Positions 5,394 through 14,735 of a stretch of DNA of 27,830 nucleotides are shown piece by piece. The notes beneath the pieces were generated by a model, which saw nothing but the letters and a program-made list of their open reading frames with translations, made no database searches and had not been told where the DNA came from. The DNA lies in the IMG/VR virus record IMGVR_UViG_3300039191_000291, positions 1-27,830 of that record. The stretch is one strand, 5' to 3'. The position numbers and the translations under genes were made by a program. The number at the start of each line of letters is the position of its first letter. Positions within the stretch are counted from its first letter, which is position 1. The DNA comes from a virus. Its lineage: Duplodnaviria; Caudoviricetes.

Positions 5394-7530
5394 GCGCCGC
5401 CCGGATCGCGAATGGTGGACCGCCGCCGAGCTGGCGGAGGCCGCGCTGCCGGACCTTCCGGCCACATGTCGAGGCGTTGACAAGACCGCCAAGCGGCAGG
5501 GCTGGCGGCAGGCGCCGGGCGCGGCGCGACGGCGCAAAAGCCGCGGCGGCGGGTGGGAGTATCACTGGACGCTGCTGCCGAGCCGCGCGCAGCAGGCGCT
5601 GCTGGCGCAGGCCGCGCCACCCCCCGTCACCCCCGCGCCGGTGGACCGCGAGGCGCTCTGGGCGCGCTTCGACCGGCTGGCGGAGCACACGAAGCGCAAG
5701 GCGTACCGCGCCCTGGAGGCGGTGCAGACCGTCGAGGCGCTGGAGCGCGGCGGGATGACGCGCGATCTGGCCTGCCACCAGGTGGCGCGCCAGTTCGATT
5801 GCAGCGCGCGCACGGTCTGGAACTGGCTGGGCCGGGTCGAGGGGGTGCGCAGCGACGATCGCCTGCCCCATCTGGCGCCCCGCCACGGCACCGCCGTGCG
5901 CGGCGAGACATCGGCCGATTGCAGCCCCGAGTTCTGGGAGGTGCTCAAGGCCGATTACCTGCGGCTCGAGCAGCCGAGTTTCTCGGCCTGCTATCGCCGC
6001 GCGGTGCGCATCGCCAAATCCGAAGGCTGGACCACGCTGCCCGAGCGCACGATGCGCCGCCGGCTGGAGGCGGAGGTTCCCGAAACCACGATCCTGCTCT
6101 GCCGCCAGGGCGTCGAGGCACTCAAGCGGCTCTACCCGTCGCAGATCAGGGACCGCACCGCGCTGCACGCGATGGAGGCGGTCAACGCCGACTACCACCG
6201 CTTCGACGTGTTCGTGCGCTGGCCGCGCTACGAGGGCGACAATGAGTGCGAGATCATCCGACCCCAGCTGGTCGCGTTCCAGGACATCTATTCGGGGCGC
6301 ATCGTGAGCTGGCGTGTCGACCGGACGCCGAACAAGGTGGGCGTGAGCCTCGCGCTGGGCGACATGATAGAGCGCTTCGGTATCCCCGAGCACATCCTTC
6401 TCGATAACGGCCGCGAGTTCGCCAACAAGTTCCTCACCGGGCAGGTGCCGACGCGCTACCGCTTCAAGGTCAAGGACGACGACATTCCCGGCATCCTCAA
6501 GACGCTGGGATGCGAGGTCCACTGGGCCATGCCCTATAGCGGGCAGTCCAAGCCGATCGAACGCGCCTTCCGCGATTTCTGCGACGACATCTCCAAGGAT
6601 CCGCGCCTGGCCGGCGCCTATACCGGCAACCGGCCCGACGCGAAGCCGGAGAACTACGGCAATCGCGCGATCTCGCTGGAGGACTTCCTCGCGGTGCTGG
6701 CCGAGGGCATCGAGGAGCACAACGCGCGCCCCGGCCGCCGCGGTCAGACCACGCAGGGGCGGAGCCTGCTGGAGACCTTCGAGGACAGCTACGCGACCGC
6801 GCCGATCCGCAAGGCGACCGAGGAGCAGCGCCGGCTCTGGTTGATGGGGGCCGAGGGTCTGCACGCGAACAGCCGCAACGGCGAGATCAAGCTCATGGAG
6901 AACAAGTACTGGGCGCCCTGGATGCACCAGATCGCCGGGCGCCGCGTGGTCGCGCGGTTCGACCCCGCCGACCTGCATGCCGGGCTGCATCTCTATGGGC
7001 TCGACAGCGCCTATATCGGCCACGCCGAGTGCATAGAGAAGGGGGGCTTTTTCAGCCTGGAGGATGCGCGCAACCACGCCGCCGCCAAGCGCCACTTCGT
7101 CAAGAAGGAGCGCGCCGCCGCCGATGCGCTGCAGCGGATGCGCGCCGCGGAGGTTGGCGGCTACCTGGATGCCGCCCGGCCGACCGGCGAGACGCCGGCC
7201 GCCGAGGCGCAGGTCGTTCGCCCGACCTTCAACAGCAAGCCCAAGGCGGCGGCCGTCTACACGCCGCGCGAGCGCAGCCCCGAGGAGGATGCCGCGCACC
7301 AGGCCGTAGTGGCGGATTTCGAGGCGAAGCGGCGGCAGGCCGAGGCGACCCGCCCGCGCGCCGAGACCGAGCGGTCGCGCTTCCGGGCGGCGATCGAGCT
7401 GGAAGCGCGCCTGGGGCGCGGAGAGGAGATCGGAGAGGAGCAGGCCGCGTGGCTGCGAAGCTACCAGTCGACGGCCGAGTACATCGCGCAGCGCGATGTG
7501 CTGAGGAAGCATCCCGACATGCTGGGGTGA
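5386..7530 (+). CDS. MuA-like DDE transposase
   Basis: Mu-type N-terminal HTH (WWTAAELA...GGGWEYH); catalytic motifs VNADYHRFD, LLDNGREF, KPIERAF; C-terminal RFDPADLH; 714 aa. Confidence 0.95.
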   Translation: MSERRPDREWWTAAELAEAALPDLPATCRGVDKTAKRQGWRQAPGAARRRKSRGGGWEYHWTLLPSRAQQALLAQAAPPPVTPAPVDREALWARFDRLAEHTKRKAYRALEAVQTVEALERGGMTRDLACHQVARQFDCSARTVWNWLGRVEGVRSDDRLPHLAPRHGTAVRGETSADCSPEFWEVLKADYLRLEQPSFSACYRRAVRIAKSEGWTTLPERTMRRRLEAEVPETTILLCRQGVEALKRLYPSQIRDRTALHAMEAVNADYHRFDVFVRWPRYEGDNECEIIRPQLVAFQDIYSGRIVSWRVDRTPNKVGVSLALGDMIERFGIPEHILLDNGREFANKFLTGQVPTRYRFKVKDDDIPGILKTLGCEVHWAMPYSGQSKPIERAFRDFCDDISKDPRLAGAYTGNRPDAKPENYGNRAISLEDFLAVLAEGIEEHNARPGRRGQTTQGRSLLETFEDSYATAPIRKATEEQRRLWLMGAEGLHANSRNGEIKLMENKYWAPWMHQIAGRRVVARFDPADLHAGLHLYGLDSAYIGHAECIEKGGFFSLEDARNHAAAKRHFVKKERAAADALQRMRAAEVGGYLDAARPTGETPAAEAQVVRPTFNSKPKAAAVYTPRERSPEEDAAHQAVVADFEAKRRQAEATRPRAETERSRFRAAIELEARLGRGEEIGEEQAAWLRSYQSTAEYIAQRDVLRKHPDMLG

Positions 7531-7591
7531 AAGGTGGCGCGGCGGGCCAGCCCGCCCGACCGCGCCGGTGCTTAACACAAGCGAGGTGAAG

Positions 7592-8335
7592 ATGGCAGAG
7601 ACAAGAGCTTTATACAATACACTGGCGCCGATGCGGAACGTGACCGCGTTCCTGACGCTCGTGCGCCGACTGGAAAACCGCGGCCACGGGCTGCCCGGCA
7701 TGGGCTGCTTCTACGGCCCGTCGGGGCTGGGGAAGACGACCGCCAGCGTCTACGTCGCCAACGAGGAGCAGGCATGCGTCGTCCAGGTCAAGTCGGTCTG
7801 GACCCAGAAGAAGCTCTGCCAGGCGATCCTCGCCGAGCTGGGCGTGCATCCCGCGAAGGTGATCGGCGACATGGTCGACCAGATCGCCGAGGTGCTGGCG
7901 CGCGAGGGCGTGCCGCTCCTGATCGACGAGGCCGACTTCCTGGTCAAGAAGGGCATGATCGAGATCGTGCGCGACATCTACGAGAGCTCCTTCGTGCCGG
8001 TCATCCTGATCGGCGAGGAGCTCCTGCCGCAGAAGCTGCGCAAGTGGGAGCGGGTGCACGGCCGCATCCTGAGCTGGGTCGCGGCCGAGCCCGCGGACGA
8101 TGACGACTTCGACCTGCTGCGCCGCATCCGCTGCCCCGAGGTCGAGATCGACGCGCCCCTGCTGGCCAAGATGCGCACCGCCTCGGGCGGCTCGGCGCGG
8201 CGGATCGTGGAGAACCTCGAGCTCGCCCGCGAGATCGCCGCCACCCGCAACCTCGACCGCCTGACGCTCGAGGACTGGGGGCGGCGCGACTTCTTCACCG
8301 GCATCACGCCCGACGCACGGAGGATTTCGGCATGA
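7592..8335 (+). CDS. MuB-like AAA+ ATPase (transposition protein B)
   Basis: Walker A GPSGLGKT, Walker B LLIDEAD; follows the transposase; GAGGTG RBS before ATG 7592. Confidence 0.93.
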   Translation: MAETRALYNTLAPMRNVTAFLTLVRRLENRGHGLPGMGCFYGPSGLGKTTASVYVANEEQACVVQVKSVWTQKKLCQAILAELGVHPAKVIGDMVDQIAEVLAREGVPLLIDEADFLVKKGMIEIVRDIYESSFVPVILIGEELLPQKLRKWERVHGRILSWVAAEPADDDDFDLLRRIRCPEVEIDAPLLAKMRTASGGSARRIVENLELAREIAATRNLDRLTLEDWGRRDFFTGITPDARRISA

Positions 8336-8697
8336 CGCAAGACCGGAACCCGAAGGACACTGCCGTGCGGGGGGTGCGCCGGGTCCGCGCCGCCACGCCC
8401 CAGGGCAACATGTGGCGCGCCATTCGCGGGCTGGGGGCCTTCACCTACCGCGACGTGGCGATGCACGCCAACACAAGCAGCGTGCCGGTCTCGGAAGGGG
8501 CTGCGCGCGACTACTGCCGGATGCTCGCCAATGCCGGCTATCTGCGGGTCGAGCGCAAGGCGCAGCCCAAGGGTCGGCTGGCCGTCTACCGCCTGGTGCG
8601 CGACACCGGCCCGCGCCCGCCGCGCGAGAAGCGGGTGCGCGCCGTCTGGGACGACAACCGCGGCGAGTACGCCTACATCGCCGGAGGTGTCGCATGA
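8332..8697 (+). CDS. Winged-helix-like Mu-like phage protein
   Basis: MWRAIR..FTYRDVA..AARDYCRMLANAGYL..YRLVRDTGP; typical position after MuB. Confidence 0.8.
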   Translation: MTQDRNPKDTAVRGVRRVRAATPQGNMWRAIRGLGAFTYRDVAMHANTSSVPVSEGAARDYCRMLANAGYLRVERKAQPKGRLAVYRLVRDTGPRPPREKRVRAVWDDNRGEYAYIAGGVA

Positions 8698-9083
8698 ACC
8701 AGGTGACACCGATCGAGCGCGCCCGCGCGGCCTATGGCGGCGATATTCCCGACTGGGTCGAGGGGTTGGCGCGCGCCTGCGCGGAGACCAGCCAGAACCG
8801 CGTGGCCAAGCGCATGGGCGTTTCCGCGGCGCTGATCTCGAACGTGATCGCGGGCAAGTACCCGGGCGATATGGCGCGGGTCGAGGACCTCTATCGCGGC
8901 GCGTTCGAGGCGCAGACCGTCGATTGCCCGGCCATGGGCATGATGCCGCTGGACGAGTGCCGGCACTGGCGCGCGAAGTCGCGCAAGCTGTCCAATGCCA
9001 ACACCCGCAACGTGACCATGTTCCGGGCCTGCAACCGCTGCCCGATCAACAAGGGAGGCGGCGATGGCGGCACCGATGGCTGA
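8694..9083 (+). CDS. HTH transcriptional regulator with Cys-rich C-terminus
   Basis: SQNRVAKRMGVSAALISNV HTH; CP..C..CNRCP; GGAGG RBS and ATGA overlap. Confidence 0.8.
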   Translation: MNQVTPIERARAAYGGDIPDWVEGLARACAETSQNRVAKRMGVSAALISNVIAGKYPGDMARVEDLYRGAFEAQTVDCPAMGMMPLDECRHWRAKSRKLSNANTRNVTMFRACNRCPINKGGGDGGTDG

Positions 9084-9414
9084 ACGCGACGAGATCATCG
9101 CGCTGGCGCGGCAGGGCAATCCCCCGCGCGAGATCGCGGCCCGCATGGGGCTGGATGCGAACACCGTGTCCTGCCTGCTGAGCTACGAGCGGCGCAAGGG
9201 TGCCGACATCCCGCACGCCCCGCCCGGGTCCGGACGCATCGGGCGGACCCGCTTCGTGATCTGCGACCCGCCCGCCGGGCTGCGCGAGGCGCTCGCCCCG
9301 CATGCGGCCGCGCGCGGCATGTCGATCTCCGAGCTCAGCGGCGCGCTGCTGCTCGCGATCACCCGCGACGACCTGGTCGACGCGGTTCTCGACGATGGAG
9401 GCGCCGATGCCTGA
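9064..9414 (+). CDS. HTH-containing hypothetical protein
   Basis: PREIAARMGLDANTVSCLL; GGAGG RBS. Confidence 0.75.
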   Translation: MAAPMAERDEIIALARQGNPPREIAARMGLDANTVSCLLSYERRKGADIPHAPPGSGRIGRTRFVICDPPAGLREALAPHAAARGMSISELSGALLLAITRDDLVDAVLDDGGADA

Positions 9415-9631
9415 GCGGTTCACCGAAGGCGAGATGCTGCGCCTGGCGGCGAAGGCGGTCCACAAGATCGACCTGCTCGGCGCGCGCGGCACCACGCTCT
9501 GCACGATGGAGGAGATCGACGCGATGGCCTGCCTGCTGGTGCTCTCCGGCGCGCTGGCCTCGTCCGAGGAGCTTCACAAGGGGGCGATCGCCGCCCCTTC
9601 AACCCCCTCTTCAACAGGAGACGATCAATGA
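9407..9631 (+). CDS. Small hypothetical protein
   Basis: GGAGG RBS; overlaps its neighbours in operon fashion. Confidence 0.7.
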   Translation: MPERFTEGEMLRLAAKAVHKIDLLGARGTTLCTMEEIDAMACLLVLSGALASSEELHKGAIAAPSTPSSTGDDQ

Positions 9632-10278
9632 CGGAACATGAGCCAGCCCCGATCCAGTCGGGCAGGATCGAGATGGACGGCAAGACCTACATGCGCGACG
9701 CCAAGGGCGCGCTCGTGCCGGTCGAGGTCGTCAAGGCGCAGGATCAGCTGCAGGACGAGACGGTGCGCAAGATCGTCGGCTATGCCAAGGCGCTGAGCGC
9801 GCAGATGCAGCGCTTCAAGGCGCATGTCTTCGAGGATGTGGGCGATCTGGAGGCACTGCTCGCCCAGGAATACGAGCTCACGCTGGGCGGCGCGAAGGGC
9901 AACAAGACGCTGATGTCCTATGATGGCTGCTTCAAGGTGCAGATCGCGGTGGCCGACCGGGTGGATTTCGGGCCGGAGCTGCAGATCGCCAAGACGCTGA
10001 TCGATGAGTGCCTCAACGAGTGGGCGGCCGACGCCCGCCCGGAAATCCGCGCGATCGTCACCCGCGCCTTCAACACCGACAAGGAAGGCCAGATCAACCG
10101 CTCGGAAATCTTCATGCTCCTGCGCCTGGAGATCGAGGACGCCCGCTGGCAGCGCGCCATGTCGGCGATCCGCGACGCGATGCGGGTGGTCGGCTCGAAG
10201 ACCTATGTGCGCTGCTACATGCGCGATCACGCCGAGGCGGCGTGGGAGCCGGTCGTGCTCGACCTGGCGAGGGTGTGA
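9628..10278 (+). CDS. DUF3164-family Mu-like phage protein
   Basis: YMRDAKGALVP, GGAKGNKTLMSYDG, FGPELQIAKTLIDECL, GSKTYVRCY. Confidence 0.88.
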   Translation: MTEHEPAPIQSGRIEMDGKTYMRDAKGALVPVEVVKAQDQLQDETVRKIVGYAKALSAQMQRFKAHVFEDVGDLEALLAQEYELTLGGAKGNKTLMSYDGCFKVQIAVADRVDFGPELQIAKTLIDECLNEWAADARPEIRAIVTRAFNTDKEGQINRSEIFMLLRLEIEDARWQRAMSAIRDAMRVVGSKTYVRCYMRDHAEAAWEPVVLDLARV

Positions 10279-10307
10279 GCCGTGAACACAAACAGGGAGG
10301 ACTGACC

Positions 10308-10451
10308 ATGAAGGCCGACAAGATGGACGAATACTGGCGCATCCAGTGGGGTATCGCGGTGGCGAACGACCGCGGCGACGTGGGCCGCGAGCTCGAACTG
10401 CTGGCCCGGCAGGAACAGCTTCGCGTCGAACTGGGCATGGGCGGGGCATGA
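10308..10451 (+). CDS. Small hypothetical protein (47 aa)
   Basis: GGGAGG RBS; fills the gap before gemA. Confidence 0.65.
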   Translation: MKADKMDEYWRIQWGIAVANDRGDVGRELELLARQEQLRVELGMGGA

Positions 10452-10452
10452 C

Positions 10453-10908
10453 ATGGGCGCGCGCGACCTTCAGAAGCTGATCCATGTCGGGTGCCGCGAG
10501 CTGGGCCTCGATGCCGATGCCCGCCGCGACCTCCAGCAGGCCGCGACGGGCAAGGCGAGCATGCGCGACATGACCGAGGCCGACCTGCGGCTGGTGGTGG
10601 ATCGCCTCAAGGCGTCGGGGTTCGACCCCGGCTCGGGACGTGTCCGCCATCCGCGCGCGCCGCGCGCCGACCTGCGCCTGGTGCATGTGCTCTGGCGGAT
10701 GCTGGGCGATGCGGGCGAGCTCAAGCAGCCCGGCCGCGCCGGGCTCAACGCCTTCATCCGTCGCCGCTTCGGCGATGCCTGGGGATCGGTGCCGGCCGAT
10801 ATCGACATGCTGCGCGACTGGGAAAAGATCGACACGGTCATCCAGGCGCTGCTGGACTGGTGCGAGCGCGCCGGCATCGAGGTGGACGAGCAGGAGCGCG
10901 GCCGATGA
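10453..10908 (+). CDS. gemA: GemA/gp16-like regulatory protein (DUF1018)
   Basis: LIHVGCRELGLD...TGKASMRDMT..DL..VVDRLKASGF. Confidence 0.85.
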   Translation: MGARDLQKLIHVGCRELGLDADARRDLQQAATGKASMRDMTEADLRLVVDRLKASGFDPGSGRVRHPRAPRADLRLVHVLWRMLGDAGELKQPGRAGLNAFIRRRFGDAWGSVPADIDMLRDWEKIDTVIQALLDWCERAGIEVDEQERGR

Positions 10909-11165
10909 AAAAGCCGGTCGCCGAGGTCTCCGATCACGCGCTGCTGCGCTACCTGGAGCGCGTCCTGCGCATCGACGTCGAGGCGCATCGCTGCGAGGTC
11001 GGACGCAAGGTCGATCGCGCCATGGTGCATCCCGGCGCCTGCGGTGTGCGCGTCGGCGGCTTCACCTACAAGCTGCGCGGCCAGGTGGTCACCACGGTCG
11101 TGCCCAGCCACAAGCCCAGCCACCGGACGCCGCGCCGCCGGCCCAAGGGGGCGGGCGATGGGTGA
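10905..11165 (+). CDS. Small hypothetical phage protein
   Basis: VSDHALLRYLERV...VVTTV; ATGA overlap. Confidence 0.75.
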   Translation: MKKPVAEVSDHALLRYLERVLRIDVEAHRCEVGRKVDRAMVHPGACGVRVGGFTYKLRGQVVTTVVPSHKPSHRTPRRRPKGAGDG

Positions 11166-11538
11166 CTTCCTGCCTGCCGTCGCCGCCGAGATCGCCGAGG
11201 TGATCGGCGAGGCTGCCGCCCTGCGTCTCCTGGAGGCGCGGGGCGGTACGCAGATCTCGATCCCCGTGCGCGCGGAAGGGTCCATGCTGGCCCGCCTCGT
11301 GGGCGAGACGGAGGCGCAGGCGATGATCGACACCTTCGGCCCCGGCAAGCTGACGCTGCCCACGGCGGGCGCGCGTGGCGTGGGGGCGCGCCGGGCGCGC
11401 GCCATGCGCATGCTGCGCAAGGGGCATTCACTCCAGGAGGTCGCGCTGGCCTGCGATCTGCACATCCGCACCGTGTCCAACTACCGCGCCCAGATCGATC
11501 GCGACAACGGTCAGATGGAACTGCCCTTTGACAGCTGA
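11158..11538 (+). CDS. Mor/C-like transcription activator
   Basis: EIAEVIGEAAALRLLEARGGTQISIP plus C-terminal HTH (SLQEVALACDLHIRTV); last gene before the lysis module. Confidence 0.82.
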   Translation: MGDFLPAVAAEIAEVIGEAAALRLLEARGGTQISIPVRAEGSMLARLVGETEAQAMIDTFGPGKLTLPTAGARGVGARRARAMRMLRKGHSLQEVALACDLHIRTVSNYRAQIDRDNGQMELPFDS

Positions 11539-11545
11539 GCCGCGA

Positions 11546-11640
11546 CCTGCAACCTTGCAGGGCAGCGCCGGGCCGGCTGACCGCCCCTCCCCCTGAATAC
11601 TTTCGAGACTGAATTGCCGTGCCGCCGCATGCCAGTGTCG
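11546..11640 (+). promoter_or_regulatory. Putative activator-dependent late promoter (lysis/packaging operon)
   Basis: Dyad cctgcaa-cc-ttgcagg (11546-11561); 22-mer ccctgaatactttcgagactga (11591-11612), 18/22 identical to 19405-19426. Confidence 0.65.
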
Positions 11641-11663
11641 GGTTGTAAAACCCGGAGGCGCGC

Positions 11664-12521
11664 ATGCAGCTCAAGAATGGCCGGGTCGAGGGCGTTTCCT
11701 TCCAGGAGGCGCGCTGGACCGGAGGGCAGATCACACCCACCGTCGTGGTGCTTCACGACACCGCCAGCCGCCTGACGCCGGGCGCGGCGGCCAGCTACCT
11801 GGCCGACAACGCGCGCAAGGTGTCGGTGCATTTCGTGGTGGAGCGCGACGGCCGGATCACCCAGCAGGTGCCCGTCGGCGTGCGCGCCAACCACGCGGGC
11901 CGCTCGCACTACCACGGCCGCGATCACGTCAACGCCTTCTCGGTCGGTATCGAGATCGTCAATCCCGGCCGCATGGAGGCCGCGCCCGGCCACCTTGCGC
12001 GGGCCTGGTATGGCGAGGAGTTCGACATCGCCACCTACCGCATCCGGGAGATGCGCACCGAGGCGCACGGCCACGGGTTCTGGATGGCCTATCCCGAAGA
12101 GCAGATCGAGGCCGTCCTGCATCTGCTGGAGGCGCTCTTTGATGGCTGCGACACGCTCGAGGATATCGTCACCCACTGGTACGTATCGCCCGGCCGCAAG
12201 GTCGACACCAACCCGCTCTTCCCGCTGAGCCACGTTCGCGCGCGCATCCTCGGCCGCGAGGAGCCCGCCGAGTGGCAGGCCGATGCCGCTGCGGATGAGA
12301 TCGACGGCGACGAGCTGATGCAGGTCGACACCCGCGGCGGCCCGCTCAACATGCGCCGCTGGCCGAGCTTCAACCCCAACATCATCGACCGCATACCCGA
12401 CGGCACGCTGGTGCCCGTCATCAAGGCGGGCAGCTTTTCCGGGCGCCGCTGGGTGAAGGTGGCCTTCGGCGGCGCCGAGGGCTGGGTCGTGGAGACCTAT
12501 CTCAAGGAGCCGCCGGAATGA
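11664..12521 (+). CDS. Endolysin: N-acetylmuramoyl-L-alanine amidase (Amidase_2) + SH3-like domain
   Basis: VVLHDTA, SVHFVV, ANHAG, SVGIEIVN, THWYVSPGRKVD; C-terminal LNMRRWP...WVKV..EGWV. Confidence 0.92.
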   Translation: MQLKNGRVEGVSFQEARWTGGQITPTVVVLHDTASRLTPGAAASYLADNARKVSVHFVVERDGRITQQVPVGVRANHAGRSHYHGRDHVNAFSVGIEIVNPGRMEAAPGHLARAWYGEEFDIATYRIREMRTEAHGHGFWMAYPEEQIEAVLHLLEALFDGCDTLEDIVTHWYVSPGRKVDTNPLFPLSHVRARILGREEPAEWQADAAADEIDGDELMQVDTRGGPLNMRRWPSFNPNIIDRIPDGTLVPVIKAGSFSGRRWVKVAFGGAEGWVVETYLKEPPE

Positions 12522-12772
12522 GCGAGACCGCCCCCGAACTTCCCGCCTGGCATGCGCGCAGCTTCTACGCCCAGGTCCTGCTGATCGTCACCGTGCTCGC
12601 CCAGGCGGCGGGCATCGACCTTGCCGGCTGGATCGAACGGCTCGGATTTACCGGCGAGCGCCAGCTGCTCGACTTTGTCGTCGCGGTGATGCCGGCGCTC
12701 TTCGGGCTCTGGGCCTGGCTGGAGCGCCGCGCGCCGCGCTTCCGGCTGGTGTTCCGGAGGGTGCTGACATGA
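12518..12772 (+). CDS. Putative holin
   Basis: 84 aa with two hydrophobic segments and a basic C-terminus, directly after the endolysin. Confidence 0.65.
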   Translation: MSETAPELPAWHARSFYAQVLLIVTVLAQAAGIDLAGWIERLGFTGERQLLDFVVAVMPALFGLWAWLERRAPRFRLVFRRVLT

Positions 12773-13011
12773 CCGGCCTCGTTGAAATCCTGCTGGCCAT
12801 CGGTGCCGGGGTGGCGGCGCTCTTCGCGCTGATCGCCCGATCGCGCCGCAAGGGGCGCCGCGAGACCGAGCAGAAGATCGAGGCGCAGGCGGCGGAAGAC
12901 TACCAGGAGACACGCGAAAGGATCGACGATGCGAAAAGCCGCACTGATGGTGCTGATGATGATCGCAGCTGGCTGCAGCAATACGGAGACGGCGATACGC
13001 CCAAGCGGTGA
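12769..13011 (+). CDS. Putative inner-membrane spanin (Rz-like)
   Basis: Single N-terminal TM helix followed by a charged helical region. Confidence 0.6.
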   Translation: MTGLVEILLAIGAGVAALFALIARSRRKGRRETEQKIEAQAAEDYQETRERIDDAKSRTDGADDDRSWLQQYGDGDTPKR

Positions 13012-13147
13012 GGCCATCTGCTCGGCGCTGGACCCGCTGGCCCGCGCCCATGCACGGGCGCTTGCGGCCTCCGAGGACGCGGCGGCGGTCGAGACCGGCG
13101 CCCGGCTCCTGCGTGGTTTTGCGGCCGGCTGCGAGGCGCCGGCATGA
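12929..13147 (+). CDS. Putative outer-membrane lipoprotein spanin (Rz1-like)
   Basis: MRKAALMVLMMIAAGC lipobox; overlaps the preceding gene in a different frame. Confidence 0.65.
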   Translation: MRKAALMVLMMIAAGCSNTETAIRPSGEAICSALDPLARAHARALAASEDAAAVETGARLLRGFAAGCEAPA

Positions 13148-13497
13148 CGGCGGAGCTGATCGATACCGGTTTGAAGCTCGCGAGCTTCGCGCTGTCGATC
13201 GCCGCGATCGCTTTTGCCTACGTGCGCACGCGCCGCAAGGATGTCGACGGCCGGCTGCACGAGGGCTCGAAGCGGATGGACAGCCAGGAGGCGCGCATCG
13301 CGCGGCTCGAGCATACCGTCCACGACATGCCGGGGCGCGACGAGACACACCGGCTCGAGCTGCGGCTCACGGAGATGGCCGGGTCGATGAACGCCATGTC
13401 GGCGTCGATGAGTGGACAGAATGAAATCCTCGCCCGGCTCGAGCGGGTCGTGACGCGGCACGAGGATCACCTTCTCGAGGGGGGCAGAAACAGATGA
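13144..13497 (+). CDS. DUF2730-like membrane-anchored coiled-coil protein
   Basis: N-terminal TM helix; RIARLEHTVHDMPGRDETHRLEL; Mu gp25-like position. Confidence 0.75.
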   Translation: MTAELIDTGLKLASFALSIAAIAFAYVRTRRKDVDGRLHEGSKRMDSQEARIARLEHTVHDMPGRDETHRLELRLTEMAGSMNAMSASMSGQNEILARLERVVTRHEDHLLEGGRNR

Positions 13498-13793
13498 GCA
13501 GTTATTCCGAAACCCTGCGGCGCCACCGCCGCCTATCCATCCTGCGGCACCTGGAGCAGTGCGCGGAGTACACCTCGAACGCGGCGATCCTGGCGGATGT
13601 CCTGGCCGGGCTCGGCGTCACATCGACCCGCGCCCAGGTGATCACCGAGCTCGCCTGGCTGCGCGAGAACGGCTTCGTCGATTACGATGACCGCGCCGAC
13701 TTCCTGGTGGTCACCGCGACCGGCGACGGCGTGGAGATCGCGCGCGGCGCGTCGAGCCATCCCGACATCCAGCGCCCTCGCCCAAGGAGCTGA
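13494..13793 (+). CDS. Mu gp26-like winged-helix protein
   Basis: RRLSILRHL...QVITELAWLRENGFV...GVEIARG..HPDIQRP. Confidence 0.8.
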   Translation: MSSYSETLRRHRRLSILRHLEQCAEYTSNAAILADVLAGLGVTSTRAQVITELAWLRENGFVDYDDRADFLVVTATGDGVEIARGASSHPDIQRPRPRS

Positions 13794-13796
13794 CCC

Positions 13797-14333
13797 ATGC
13801 CGCAGCCCCGCAAGATCGACCTGCTGCCGTCGGAGCTGCGCGGGTGGCTCCAGGAGGAGCTGCGCGCGCGCGGGTTCGCCGGCTACGAGGATCTGGCCGA
13901 GGCGCTGAATTTCCGCCTCGAAGAGGCCGGGCTCGAGCTGCGCGTCGGCAAGTCCGCGCTGCACGCCTACGGCCAGGAGTTCCGCGACTACGCGCGGATG
14001 CAGGATCAGGCGCAGGAGGAAATCCGCACCTTCCTGGAGGAGGCCAGCCTCAAGGAGGAGGTCGACGTGACCTCGGCGCTCTTCCAGCAGCTCACCACGA
14101 TCCAGTGGCGGTTGCAGATGATGCTGTCGGACCCGGACGCGATGCCCGACCCGCGGGGCATGAAGGACCTGACCACGGCGCTCAACAACCTGATCCGCTC
14201 CACCTCGCTGCGCGACGGCATCCTGAGGGCCGAACGCGAGGCGCAGTCGGCGCGGCTCGACGAGGCGGTGGCCGACGGGGCGATCGACGAGGCGGCGGCG
14301 ACCAAGGCGCGCGAAATCATGGGTTTCGGCTGA
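13797..14333 (+). CDS. DUF3486 / Mu gp27-like protein (putative terminase small subunit)
   Basis: RKIDLLPSELRGWL..GKSALHAYG; upstream of the large terminase. Confidence 0.85.
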   Translation: MPQPRKIDLLPSELRGWLQEELRARGFAGYEDLAEALNFRLEEAGLELRVGKSALHAYGQEFRDYARMQDQAQEEIRTFLEEASLKEEVDVTSALFQQLTTIQWRLQMMLSDPDAMPDPRGMKDLTTALNNLIRSTSLRDGILRAEREAQSARLDEAVADGAIDEAAATKAREIMGFG

Positions 14334-14349
14334 CAGGAGGGAATGCGGC

Positions 14350-14538
14350 ATGCTGGCAGGGATCATTCACATCATCGGGGCGCTGGCGCTGGCCCTCGTG
14401 CCGGCGATCGCATTCCTGCTGGCCGGCATCCGGGTGGCCGACCGCGCGGGCACGTTCTGGCGGCATGTGCATCTGCTGATCGTCGCCGCGGCCGGTGTCT
14501 GGTTGCTGGTGGCCGCGCTGCTGATCGGGGGGACGTGA
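14350..14538 (+). CDS. Small two-TM membrane protein
   Basis: AGGAGG RBS; two hydrophobic helices. Confidence 0.7.
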   Translation: MLAGIIHIIGALALALVPAIAFLLAGIRVADRAGTFWRHVHLLIVAAAGVWLLVAALLIGGT

Positions 14539-14735
14539 TGGAGCCGGAAGCCGATCTGGCCTATGGCGCGGTCGTCCTGGTCGGCGATCACAACTGGCGG
14601 CGCGGGCCGAAGCTCGCGGCCGCGCTGGCCTTCCTGTTCGGCCAGCGCCAGCGCTTCGAGCATCTCGGCATGCGCTGCCTGGTCGCGTGGCGCAAGGGCG
14701 AGCCCTACCTGATCTCGATCCGCGAGGGCGCGTGA
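14538..14735 (+). CDS. Small hypothetical protein
   Basis: TGATG coupling at both ends; 65 aa. Confidence 0.65.
   Translation: MEPEADLAYGAVVLVGDHNWRRGPKLAAALAFLFGQRQRFEHLGMRCLVAWRKGEPYLISIREGA

Noticed and set aside
7536-7566. GC-rich stem-loop between MuA and MuB as a terminator
   Set aside because: No U-tract, and MuB should be co-transcribed; at most an mRNA-stability element.
5212-7701. 829-aa minus-strand ORF and other long antisense or alternative-frame ORFs (e.g. 2104-3240, 14705-15964, 18801-21086, 24302-25702)
   Set aside because: Shadow ORFs of well-supported plus-strand genes, expected in high-GC DNA; no recognisable motifs.
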